From the NCBI GenBank assembly GCA_024635455.1, contig JAGXIU010000003.1, positions 133,772-197,771 of the forward strand: 64,000 nucleotides of DNA. Reading direction: 5' to 3'. The stretch's first letter is position 1, and each line of letters opens with the position of its first letter. This document shows positions 7,981-16,642 of the stretch, piece after piece. A model generated the notes under the pieces. The model saw only the letters and a program-made list of their open reading frames with translations. It did not search any database and was not told the DNA's origin. This DNA comes from Candidatus Saccharimonadota bacterium (GTDB lineage Bacteria; Patescibacteriota; Saccharimonadia; Saccharimonadales; SLHW01). Position numbers and translations under genes: made by a program.

Positions 7981-9204
7981 ATGACAAAGCTCAAGCGAAC
8001 GATTTCATGGAAAACGCTTGCCCTCTACGGGTTAGGGAATATTCTTGGTGCTGGCATTTATGTGCTGATTGGTGAGGTCGCACAAGAGTCCGGTGATGCA
8101 ATATTGTGGTCGTTCGTTGGGGCTGGCGTAGTAGCTAGTTTTACCGCTTTAACTTACGGTGCAATGGCCAGTGAATATCCAGTAAGTGCCGGTGCGGCAA
8201 TATATACCGATAGAGCCTTCAAAGCCAAAAAATGGAGTACCTTCATAGGACTGGCCGTGGCTTTGACTGCGATTGTTTCAGCCAGTGCACTTTTGAACGG
8301 CTTTGATAACTATTTTCAGTCTCTATTAGAAGCACTAGGAGTAAATTTTGCTGTTCCTTCCGCAGTAGTGATCCTTTCTTTACTTGGCTTATTAAGCCTT
8401 TTTGCATTAAAAGGTATCGGTGACTCTACCAAACTAGCTGCATTGCTGACAATAATAGAGTCAGGTGGCCTACTTTTGATAATCAGTTTCGCATTTTTAT
8501 ACGGAAACCCAGGAGGCGCTGTCATAACAACTTTTACTAGCATCGCTAGCGTTAGTCCGCTTGCAATAGTGTTGGGTGCTTTCGTAGCGTTTTATGCGTT
8601 CATTGGTTTTGAAGATATGGTCAATATTGCGGAAGAAGTCAAAGAGCCAAAAAAACAAATGAAAAAGGGGGTGCTCACGGCGCTGGCCATTGCAATCCTG
8701 CTATACGTTTTTACTGTCATAGCTGCACTCGCCGTACTTACAAGTAGTGAACTAGCTCAAAGTGAAGCTCCGCTGGCTTTAGTATGGCAAACAGTTACTA
8801 GCAGTAATTTTCCAGTCATCACTATTATAGGAATCATTGCCATTACTAACGGTGCTCTCATCGGAATAATAACTGCTTCTAGAATCATATATGGATTAGC
8901 CGGAGAGGGTTGGATAACTAAAAGTCTTGCCCAGGTGTCAACTAAAAGTAAAACACCTACGCGTGCAACCTACCTAGTTGTAGCAATAATTGCCATAGCT
9001 GCAGTATCGCTCCCCCTTGGTACGCTTGCCCAAATAACTAGCTTTATACTGCTTATCGTGTTTACGATTGTTCAAATTGCGGCATTAAAATTAAAGCGAC
9101 AAAACAAACTTGCAACGCTCAAATATTACATCCCAGTGGTCGGTTTCTTGACTAATATTGGAGTCATTACGATTCAAGTACTCAGTTGGATCGATGTTTT
9201 GTAA
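7981..9204 (+). CDS. APC-family amino acid permease
   Basis: 407 aa with 12 TM helices. The N-terminus GLGNILGAGIYVLIGEVA is typical of amino acid/polyamine transporters. Confidence 0.8.
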   Translation: MTKLKRTISWKTLALYGLGNILGAGIYVLIGEVAQESGDAILWSFVGAGVVASFTALTYGAMASEYPVSAGAAIYTDRAFKAKKWSTFIGLAVALTAIVSASALLNGFDNYFQSLLEALGVNFAVPSAVVILSLLGLLSLFALKGIGDSTKLAALLTIIESGGLLLIISFAFLYGNPGGAVITTFTSIASVSPLAIVLGAFVAFYAFIGFEDMVNIAEEVKEPKKQMKKGVLTALAIAILLYVFTVIAALAVLTSSELAQSEAPLALVWQTVTSSNFPVITIIGIIAITNGALIGIITASRIIYGLAGEGWITKSLAQVSTKSKTPTRATYLVVAIIAIAAVSLPLGTLAQITSFILLIVFTIVQIAALKLKRQNKLATLKYYIPVVGFLTNIGVITIQVLSWIDVL

Positions 9205-9633
9205 TGACGCAGTCCAGCTTTAGATAATTTTACGCTAGAAGCTGCGAGTTAAGGTAGAATACTCCCGTTATCCGGTACAATTGCAGAGTATTATCCTCGT
9301 ATCATCTAGGGATTTGTCACCAAGCAGAATCCAAACTTCCTGAGATGGTAGGCCAAAATGGTCTCAAACAAAATCATCTTTAAAATCTCCTGGGGGTGTT
9401 CTGGCAAGCTATTCACTACACTCTCAGACAATTCGTTGGTCGTTTTATGTGGCATAAACACCTTCCCCACTTTTAGTTATTCTACGGTTCATTATATTAC
9501 ATGCAATTTTCGGTTAAGTTACTCGTGCGAAACGTTTCCAGCAAAAGTACTAGACCGGCTCGCAGAAGGGTCCAGTTTTCCATCAAGCTTGCAAATAGAG
9601 CGTATAGTATAGACGTAAATAGGAGGGAGTACG

Positions 9634-10032
9634 ATGAAAGGTTTTTCACAAAACATTGAAAAACAAACAGAGGCAAACAATAAATACAGAAAAGTACTTT
9701 ATACCAGCAAATATTCCCAACTTGTATTAATGAGCTTAAAACCAAATCAAGAAATTGGCCTAGAAACGCACCATAAGAATGACCAATTTTTTAGGATAGA
9801 GTCCGGTAACGGCAAAGCTGTTATAGATGGTAATGAATATGAACTACGTGATGGTTCTGCTGTTGTTGTGCCGGCTGGCGCTGAACACAACATCATTAAC
9901 CAATCAGACACAAAATCGCTGAAGCTCTACACAATATACTCACCCGCCCACCACAAAGATGGTGTCGAGTTCGAGGAAAAAGAAACTGCTGATGCTAGTG
10001 AAGAAGAATTTGACGGAGAAACAACAGAATAG
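9634..10032 (+). CDS. cupin-domain protein
   Basis: 132 aa with a cupin-2-like core, GNGKAVIDGNEYELRDGSAVVVPAGAEHNIIN, and an acidic C-terminal tail. Confidence 0.55.
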   Translation: MKGFSQNIEKQTEANNKYRKVLYTSKYSQLVLMSLKPNQEIGLETHHKNDQFFRIESGNGKAVIDGNEYELRDGSAVVVPAGAEHNIINQSDTKSLKLYTIYSPAHHKDGVEFEEKETADASEEEFDGETTE

Positions 10033-10084
10033 CAGAAACTTCAGGAGTCTCCTGTAAGTATAAACGTAAGTTAAGGGGAAGTTT

Positions 10085-10684
10085 ATGAAACAAGTTATAC
10101 ATACCAAAGAGGATGATAAAGCTAGTACTTCGCAAGTTTCTCGACTCTCCGCAGAGCAGAAGCAATATCTACGATTTGGAGCTATGATTAGCAGTTCAAT
10201 GGTCTTAATGTATATCGTTATGTATGTTAATACCTATCAGATGTCTCATGTTGAGTGGAGTGAAACAAGGTTCTTTATGACGCTTCTTATGGGCGCTACT
10301 ATGGCAGTTGTAATGCTGGCATTTATGATCGGAATGTACAAGAATACCAAGATCAATGTAGGTATAGTCCTTGGCAGTATCGTCTTGTTCGGACTGGCGA
10401 CTTTTCTGGTACGAAGCCAAACAACTGTCGATGACCAATCGTGGATGCGTGGTATGATTCCACATCACTCAATCGCAATACTTACGAGTGAGAACGCCGA
10501 GATTGAAGATGTACGAGTTTGCAATCTTGCAAAAGACATCATTGAAGCGCAAAAGAAAGAAATTGATGAGATGCAGTGGCTCGTAAACGATATAAATCAA
10601 AATGGTCCTGCTACTACGCAAGAAGAAGCCTCCAGCCGTCCTGTTCCTGAATATGTTGGCGACGCTATACGAAGTTGCGATTAG
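10085..10684 (+). CDS. membrane-anchored DUF305-family protein; C-terminal tail from repeat R2
   Basis: Two or three TM helices, then WMRGMIPHHSIAI...AQKKEIDEMQWL typical of DUF305. It ends ...QEEASSRPVPEYVGDAIRSCD, encoded by the R2 repeat. Confidence 0.5.
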   Translation: MKQVIHTKEDDKASTSQVSRLSAEQKQYLRFGAMISSSMVLMYIVMYVNTYQMSHVEWSETRFFMTLLMGATMAVVMLAFMIGMYKNTKINVGIVLGSIVLFGLATFLVRSQTTVDDQSWMRGMIPHHSIAILTSENAEIEDVRVCNLAKDIIEAQKKEIDEMQWLVNDINQNGPATTQEEASSRPVPEYVGDAIRSCD

Positions 10685-10797
10685 TATATAAAAACATCGG
10701 CAATCGTAGGTGTCTTCATATTGTTGGGACGTAGGCGACCGAGAACCGCGCTAGTGAATGCAAGCGAACGCTCACGCAGGTGGGCGTATCGAGCATG
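10619..10797 (+). repeat. R2 repeat copy 2 (~179 bp), overlapping the 3' end of CDS 10085..10684
   Basis: See copy 1. The two copies lie in direct orientation and flank a ~2.8 kb segment (permease, cupin, DUF305). Confidence 0.8.
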
Positions 10798-10890
10798 AAC
10801 TAAAATCCACTATATTATTCATCGGCTAAGCCACTCGAACAGCCTATTCAGTACTTTATAGATACGCTACAATATTGTATAATAATACTC

Positions 10891-11526
10891 ATGAGCATTG
10901 CTGAACTATATCCTGGATCCAGCGCTGATTTTGATGGCGAATATTACGACTCTCAGACAGAAGCAGCATGGGCCTCATATTTAAGAAGTCACGAAGTTGT
11001 GTTTATGCACGAGCCCGAAACTTATCGGTTGCCTGATGGACAAATATATACGCCAGACTTCTACCTCTCAGAGGCAGATGCGTTTATCGAAGTCAAAAAT
11101 GGAAATGCAGACAACCTAGCTGCATATAAAATTAGCCAACTTACTTATGCAACTGGTAAGCAAGGTTTTATTGTAAACGGTAAGCCTCACTACGCCACAG
11201 TCTATGTCTATACACCAGAGTGGACATTTAAGCCTTCGACAGGTCTTTATCCACCACATGACCAAAGGCTTACTCGCGGCAGTTCCCCGTTAGATAAAAA
11301 GAAAGATATATGGATTCCTGATATAGAATCAGAGCAAGAGCTGCTTCATTTTGCCCTTAACGCCGCTAAGCAAGCAAACGAAGCATCTACAAAAATACCA
11401 ACCACACTGATGGAAGCGGAGCACACGGATAAAAAACGAAAAATGCGTTTACCCGAAAATATTATAGATTTGTCTAGCATTCCAATGCCTGAAAACTCGG
11501 TATTTTACTTCGACGCCCAGTACTAG
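10891..11526 (+). CDS. hypothetical protein with PD-(D/E)xK nuclease-like N-terminal motif
   Basis: HEVVFMHEPE ... YTPDFYLSEADAFIEVKNG has the E / PD / (D/E)xK spacing of restriction-endonuclease-fold proteins. Confidence 0.35.
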   Translation: MSIAELYPGSSADFDGEYYDSQTEAAWASYLRSHEVVFMHEPETYRLPDGQIYTPDFYLSEADAFIEVKNGNADNLAAYKISQLTYATGKQGFIVNGKPHYATVYVYTPEWTFKPSTGLYPPHDQRLTRGSSPLDKKKDIWIPDIESEQELLHFALNAAKQANEASTKIPTTLMEAEHTDKKRKMRLPENIIDLSSIPMPENSVFYFDAQY

Positions 11527-11642
11527 AAAAAGAAATTTCCTGCCCCCGGTTCTTCTAAGTGGCAAGCATCCCCTTTCTATATTTTTGAACCGAAAGGGGC
11601 ATCATCTTCGGCATCGATTCGCCCAGGCGCTGAGTGATATGA

Positions 11643-12080
11643 TCAGTGGCGGTCAGTCGGGTAGTTTACCGGTATCGGGAAGCTACTTATGAAGTCGGCT
11701 AGTTGATTGGGATTTTTACCAAGATCAACCTCTATCCAGTTATCAAGCAAATTTTGCTCAAGTAGGGTCTGCTTTTCTTCGAAGAATAGATTATCGTCAA
11801 ACCACAAAAATGGGAGTGATATATCTATTGCTCGTGTTTTGGCCGTGTCCCAAGACGTCGGTTTAATCTGCTTCATGTACTCTACGGTCTTTTCGTCAAA
11901 CAAATGCCCGATGTTTTTGATAGGCTTGCTGGCGTCTCCATTGCAATGTGTCGTCAGCCAATAGGTCGTATCAGGATAATTCGTCAGCACATATTCAATG
12001 AACGATGGTGCATGATTAGTGATACTGCCACCCTTCGTGACAAGCACTCCGTCGACGTCTAGATAAATGTTAGTTTTCAT
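11643..12080 (-). CDS. HAD-superfamily hydrolase-like protein
   Basis: The likely start is MKTNIYLDVDGVLV (HAD motif I DxDGV). The ORF track extends it to 12149 through the R3 repeat (MGIYSHKFCL...). Confidence 0.45.
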   Translation of the reverse strand: MKTNIYLDVDGVLVTKGGSITNHAPSFIEYVLTNYPDTTYWLTTHCNGDASKPIKNIGHLFDEKTVEYMKQIKPTSWDTAKTRAIDISLPFLWFDDNLFFEEKQTLLEQNLLDNWIEVDLGKNPNQLADFISSFPIPVNYPTDRH

Positions 12081-12120
12081 GTTTTTATTATAACCTGGAA
12101 GTTTCCAGGCCCGTATGCAC

Positions 12121-12157
12121 AGGCAGAATTTATGGCTATAGATTCCCATTAAAAAAG
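12121..12157 (+). repeat. R3 37-bp direct repeat, copy 1
   Basis: CAGGCAGAATTTATGGCTATAGATTCCCATTAAAAAA is identical to 14826..14862. Confidence 0.85.
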
Positions 12158-12181
12158 ACCGCTCTATTTTGGAGCGGTCTT
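12151..12181 (-). terminator. rho-independent terminator (minus strand)
   Basis: On the minus strand: AGACCGCTCCAAAATAGAGCGGTCT followed by TTTTTT. Confidence 0.55.
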
Positions 12182-12198
12182 AGTGTGTAAAAGGTTTT

Positions 12199-12423
12199 TA
12201 TTATCGGCTATCGCGTCCAGTGTTTACGAACTGGATACATTGTCCTTGGTTGCGGAAACCAAATGCTTCCCATCCATCTTTTTTACATACGTTTTTGTTA
12301 TCTGGATCGTTGTTTACGGTAACCGTAATAGTATCTACTGAATCACCTGGCGTGTTTGTGACGCCATCTTTGTTGCCAGCCTGATCTCCCGTAGAGAAGA
12401 ATATTGTATATTCAGCATTCTTT
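12199..12423 (-). pseudogene. orphan 3' gene fragment (no start codon)
   Basis: A minus-strand frame encodes ...EYTIFFSTGDQAGNKDGVTNTPGDSVDTITVTVNNDPDNKNVCKKDGWEAFGFRNQGQCIQFVNTGRDSR*. It is bounded upstream by an in-frame TGA with no ATG and is followed by the minus-strand terminator, so it looks like the tail of a gene whose 5' part was lost. Confidence 0.3.
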
Positions 12424-12496
12424 CAGCTGTGCTCGCTAGTATGAAGATGCTGCAAAAAGTAGCAGCAAGTTATACAAGCAATAATCAGGAGTTTAT

Positions 12497-12943
12497 ATGT
12501 CAACAAAATATATATTAGCAGGCTTTATTGCGGTAGCTGGCCTCGTCGGTTTTACTGCCATTCAGGGGGTTTCGGCTGATCCGTCCCATGAACGAGTTGG
12601 TCAATATAGCGCACAGCGCGAAAGCGCGAGGACTGAACGACAGGCGGAGTTGCCAGACCGCCTCAACGACGCGGTTGATGAGGGAACGTTGACTGAAGAG
12701 CAAAAGAATCTTTTGCTAGAGAAGCACGAATCCATGCAAGCAGATCGCGTGCAGTGGCATGAGGAAAAAGCTACTATAAGCCCGGACGAAAGACGAGCCG
12801 CGGCTGAGCAGCACAGAGAAGAAATGCGCACATGGGCTGAGCAAAACGATATCCCGAGTGAGTTCACCGCCCAAGGTCAAAGAGACCGCGCAGAACATGG
12901 TTTTGGTAATGGCGGTGGCATGAGGCGGCACCAAGAAAGATAA
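12497..12943 (+). CDS. secreted CpxP/Spy-like (LTXXQ-motif) periplasmic protein
   Basis: It has a signal peptide. The mature protein is helical and charged, with GTLTEEQKNLLLEKHESMQ containing the LTxxQ motif of the CpxP/Spy family. It lies directly upstream of a two-component pair. Confidence 0.5.
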   Translation: MSTKYILAGFIAVAGLVGFTAIQGVSADPSHERVGQYSAQRESARTERQAELPDRLNDAVDEGTLTEEQKNLLLEKHESMQADRVQWHEEKATISPDERRAAAEQHREEMRTWAEQNDIPSEFTAQGQRDRAEHGFGNGGGMRRHQER

Positions 12944-13046
12944 GAAAAGGCGAATCTCTTTGTGAGGGATTGCGTTTTTGGGCCTAGCTTATGCAATTAA
13001 GTTAGGCCCACTTATTATGTATCCAAAGTATACTAATAACTGACGT

Positions 13047-13736
13047 ATGAAAATATTGATTGTAGAAGACGACAAAAAAATTGCCCGGGCAATTCAGCGA
13101 GGCTTACGACAACACTCCTACGTGTCGGACGTTGCTTTCGACGGTGATACTGGCCTTGATATGGCTAAAACTGGCTCATACGATCTATATATTCTCGATA
13201 TTATGCTTCCTGGGTCACACTCCGGCATAGATATCGTAAAAACACTGCGCAGTGAAAATGTCGCGACACCAATTCTTCTACTGACCGCAAAAGACACTGT
13301 TGTTGATAGAGCCTATGGCCTGAATGCTGGCGCAGACGATTACTTGGTTAAGCCGTTTGCTTTTTTGGAACTTATTGCTCGCGTGCGGGCACTTTTGCGC
13401 CGCCAGAAAGATAGTAAACTCAACCAGCACAGGGTTGGTGCGCTATCAATCGACTTTGACAAGCAAGTTGCTCTATACAATTCGGATGAAATTCAATTAA
13501 GCAGAAAAGAGTTCGCTCTGTTGGAATATTTTATGCGGAATGTTGATCGGGTTATATCCAAGTCTCAGTTGATTGATCAGGTGTGGGATAGCGATAATAC
13601 GATATTAGAAAACACAGTCGAGGCACATGTCGCAGCTCTACGCCGAAAAATTGAAATTCCTTTTCAGGTGAGCTATATACAAACTAAAAAAGGCTTCGGC
13701 TATATGTTTAAGGGTCAATCAAATGAAACTACATAA
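13047..13736 (+). CDS. OmpR-family response regulator
   Basis: A REC domain (MKILIVEDD...LYILDIMLPG...LLLTAKD...KPF) is followed by a winged-helix trans_reg_C domain. Confidence 0.9.
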   Translation: MKILIVEDDKKIARAIQRGLRQHSYVSDVAFDGDTGLDMAKTGSYDLYILDIMLPGSHSGIDIVKTLRSENVATPILLLTAKDTVVDRAYGLNAGADDYLVKPFAFLELIARVRALLRRQKDSKLNQHRVGALSIDFDKQVALYNSDEIQLSRKEFALLEYFMRNVDRVISKSQLIDQVWDSDNTILENTVEAHVAALRRKIEIPFQVSYIQTKKGFGYMFKGQSNETT

Positions 13737-14715
13737 GACGTCACTTGTCCTGGCTGCTAAGTATCTCGTTATCATTATGCTCATTAGCGGGTTTTTCAGC
13801 ATCAATATGTATACAGCTTCGGTTCAGGAAATCGGACGAGGCTACGGGAGGATTGGCACAGGCCTTAATCGGTCAATGAACCCGGAGCAATTTATGGAAT
13901 TTCGTGAAGATCAACTAGAGCTTTCTAGGCAAGCCTTGATGAATAGGCTAATTCTCATAAATGTTCTAATCTTAGTCGTTGGTGGGGTCGTGAGCTACTA
14001 CTTAGCCCGGAAAACACTTGAGCCAATTGAGGCTGCACATGAAGCACAGAATAGATTTACATCAGATGCAAGCCATGAGCTACGCACACCAATTACAGCT
14101 ATTCGTAGCGAAACAGAAGCATTCCTTATGACTCCGCGGCCGAAGATTTCTGAAGCCAAAGCTATCATGCACAGCAACATCGAAGAGCTAGATAAATTAA
14201 CAGCACTGACTGATGGCTTGTTGAGGCTTGCCAGGTCATCAAAAGAAAACTTAAATCCTTCAAAAATTGCGCTCGGCGAGCTGATCCACGTAAGCACCGA
14301 TTACGCACAGCGAGAAGCAGGCGTCAAAAAGATAACAGTGCACACTGACGTTAAGGACAGTATGCAGCCAGTCGTTGTTGACGTTGACCTGATGAGCGAC
14401 GCAATCAAAATACTATTCGAGAATGCAGTGAAATATAGCAAAGACTCAACGAATATTCACCTCACAGCTGACGTTCACAATAGCAACTTGAATATTACGA
14501 TAGTTGATGAGGGCTTTGGCATCAAGCAATCGCAACTGCCTTATATATTTGATAGGTTTTATCAGGGTGACGTGTCAAGAAGCAAGTCGGCAAGCTCAGG
14601 GTTTGGTATCGGTCTCTCTATAGTTAAGTCAATAGTCGACTTACATAAAGGTAAGATTGACGTTAAAAGCAAAGTTAACCAAGGAACAACCTTTAGCGTC
14701 ACGATACCTCAGTAG
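13723..14715 (+). CDS. sensor histidine kinase
   Basis: One or two TM helices, a HisKA H-box SHELRTP and HATPase_c motifs (DRFYQGD, GFGIGLSIVKSIV). It overlaps the regulator gene by 14 nt. Confidence 0.9.
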   Translation: MKLHKTSLVLAAKYLVIIMLISGFFSINMYTASVQEIGRGYGRIGTGLNRSMNPEQFMEFREDQLELSRQALMNRLILINVLILVVGGVVSYYLARKTLEPIEAAHEAQNRFTSDASHELRTPITAIRSETEAFLMTPRPKISEAKAIMHSNIEELDKLTALTDGLLRLARSSKENLNPSKIALGELIHVSTDYAQREAGVKKITVHTDVKDSMQPVVVDVDLMSDAIKILFENAVKYSKDSTNIHLTADVHNSNLNITIVDEGFGIKQSQLPYIFDRFYQGDVSRSKSASSGFGIGLSIVKSIVDLHKGKIDVKSKVNQGTTFSVTIPQ

Positions 14716-14825
14716 TTTATTTTTACGCGGCATACAATTGTGGTTTTATATGGCGCACACTTCACTACGCCAATTAGCTGCAGCTAAGATTTATTATATT
14801 GGCAATGGATAAATGTAAATTAACC

Positions 14826-14862
14826 CAGGCAGAATTTATGGCTATAGATTCCCATTAAAAAA
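14826..14862 (+). repeat. R3 37-bp direct repeat, copy 2
   Basis: Identical to 12121..12157. Confidence 0.85.
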
Positions 14863-14887
14863 AAGCCCTCGACCTGGGCTTTTTTTA
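14856..14887. terminator. bidirectional rho-independent terminator
   Basis: AAAAAAAAGCCCTCGACCTGGGCTTTTTTT: an A-run, an AAGCCC/GGGCTT stem, then a T-run. It serves convergent genes 13723..14715 (+) and 14911..15609 (-). Confidence 0.6.
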
Positions 14888-14910
14888 GTTAATCTACTGT
14901 TTATGTGTTT

Positions 14911-15582
14911 CTACCAGTTACCTAATCCTGCTCGTAGCGGACTAACATACTGGACGCCGTGCTGGTCTGCTCCTGCGTCATTTGAAACTTCTTGAATGAT
15001 GGCAAAATCGCCCCATATCACTGGTCCAATTTTAGTTCCATCAGCATCGTACCAAATGCCGCCCTTAAGACTTGCATCTGTTGGCGCAGCAACAATTTTA
15101 TTGAAATAGTTCCACTTAACTGTTTCACCGTTATCGTTTACATACTCTCCAGACTGATGGTTTGTTAACCATGCACCCGAACCTCTATAGCTGGCATGGT
15201 CATAGTGTCTATCGAGAAACCCGTCTTCATCTGCATCAGTATTAGCTATCCATGCGTCGTTCCACTTCATGGTTAGCTTTACGTCCTTGTAGGGTTGGCA
15301 CGACGGTGCATCACGATATGAGTCGCAGTAGTATCCATTAAACATGTGGGCTTGATAATTGTAGCCCCAGTCATCAAAACCAACTTCTATGACATCTCCT
15401 TCAGAATCTTCTAACACACCGCTTTGAATAGTCGTCGGCTTGTCAGGTTTCGCTTCAGGTTTCGCTGCACTTGCAAACGAAAACATCCCTACCATCAGCG
15501 CCAATGCTAACCCTACTGCTAATGTGATTATCAGCAATTTATTTTGCTCCTTCACCGTCCCATATCCTTGAATATATTTCAT
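14911..15582 (-). CDS. secreted hypothetical protein
   Basis: The probable start is MKYIQGYG... with a signal/TM helix LLIITLAVGLALALMVGMFSFASAA. The mature part is rich in W/Y/D/N. Confidence 0.45.
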   Translation of the reverse strand: MKYIQGYGTVKEQNKLLIITLAVGLALALMVGMFSFASAAKPEAKPDKPTTIQSGVLEDSEGDVIEVGFDDWGYNYQAHMFNGYYCDSYRDAPSCQPYKDVKLTMKWNDAWIANTDADEDGFLDRHYDHASYRGSGAWLTNHQSGEYVNDNGETVKWNYFNKIVAAPTDASLKGGIWYDADGTKIGPVIWGDFAIIQEVSNDAGADQHGVQYVSPLRAGLGNW

Positions 15583-15789
15583 ATTCAATCCTTTCTTATT
15601 ATTTAACAAAAAAACAGCCTAATTTGGCTGCGGTTAAATACTACTCTCCATATAAATCTCCCTTAAAGTATTCATTAAACTCCTATTTTTTCCGTATTTG
15701 TAATTTTTGTGACCTCTGTGCCCGACATCACACTTTAAGAAGTTATTGTCGAACCATTTTCACGTCCAAATATATGAAAAATAGACGAA

Positions 15790-15831
15790 ATCAACAGATG
15801 GCTGAACACGCAACTCGAGTTGCGTGTTCAG
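15790..15831. repeat. R4 palindromic element, copy A
   Basis: ATCAACAGATGGCTGAACACGCAACTCGAGTTGCGTGTTCAG is a 30-nt perfect palindrome centred on CTCGAG. It lies ~90 bp upstream of the ABC operon start. Confidence 0.75.
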
Positions 15832-15919
15832 TTTTTCAGAGCCTTTTTTCCGTCTCCTGGTCTTTTGTTGCGAATTTGATGTATTTTATCGCGCAAAAAA
15901 TTCTGTTAATCTGAGCTGA

Positions 15920-16642
15920 ATGAGCAACGTTGTTTTTGTCAAGAATTTCAGCCTCGATATCAGCGGAAAGTCAATCGTCAAGGATTTGAGCTTTGATGTC
16001 GCAGAGGGCGAAGTCTTTGCCTTTCTTGGCGCCAATGGATCTGGCAAAACATCAACCATACGTTCCCTGCTGAATATATACACCCCAACTAAAGGTACAT
16101 TGCACATAAATGGCAAGCCCTACACTCCTGACATGGCCAATACTGTCGGCTACTTGCCAGAAGAGCGCGGATTATATACGCGTAGCAAAGCCTTGGATAC
16201 CATGATCTATTTTGGCGAGCTAAAGGGCATGGATCGGGCGGATGCGAAGAGTTACTCACTTGAATACTTAGACAAAGTTGGCATTGCTGACAAGGCGGAT
16301 CAAAAAATATCCAGTCTTTCAGGTGGCGAGCAACAAAAAGTTCAACTCGGCGTAGCCGTGATGAATCAGCCGACACTACTCGTGTTAGACGAGCCAACCA
16401 AAGGCTTTGACCCGGTCAATAGACGCCTGCTCATGCAGGTCGTAGAGGAATCTCGAAAGCAAGGCACTGCCATTATCTACATTACACACTTGATGGAGGA
16501 GGTTGAGCGCTTGGCCGATAAAGCTTTAATTATAAAAAATGGTCAAAGACAAGCCTACGGCAGCGTTCCAAAACTCAAGAAGCAATACAACAAGAAAACC
16601 ATTGAAGATATATTTATTGAAATCTATGGCGGTCAATCATGA
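15920..16642 (+). CDS. ABC transporter ATP-binding protein
   Basis: Walker A GANGSGKTS, signature LSGGEQQKVQLG, Walker B LVLDEP. Confidence 0.9.
   Translation: MSNVVFVKNFSLDISGKSIVKDLSFDVAEGEVFAFLGANGSGKTSTIRSLLNIYTPTKGTLHINGKPYTPDMANTVGYLPEERGLYTRSKALDTMIYFGELKGMDRADAKSYSLEYLDKVGIADKADQKISSLSGGEQQKVQLGVAVMNQPTLLVLDEPTKGFDPVNRRLLMQVVEESRKQGTAIIYITHLMEEVERLADKALIIKNGQRQAYGSVPKLKKQYNKKTIEDIFIEIYGGQS

Noticed and set aside
9358-9612. 84-aa ORF in the 430-bp gap between the APC permease and cupin genes
   Set aside because: Cys/Phe-rich odd composition with no Shine-Dalgarno sequence. The region is more likely promoter or leader sequence. No riboswitch-like conserved core was recognisable by eye.
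12515-12934. Three overlapping minus-strand ORFs inside the LTXXQ gene
   Set aside because: Antisense to a CDS with a clear signal peptide and family motif. Ser/Cys-rich low-complexity translations typical of the wrong frame.
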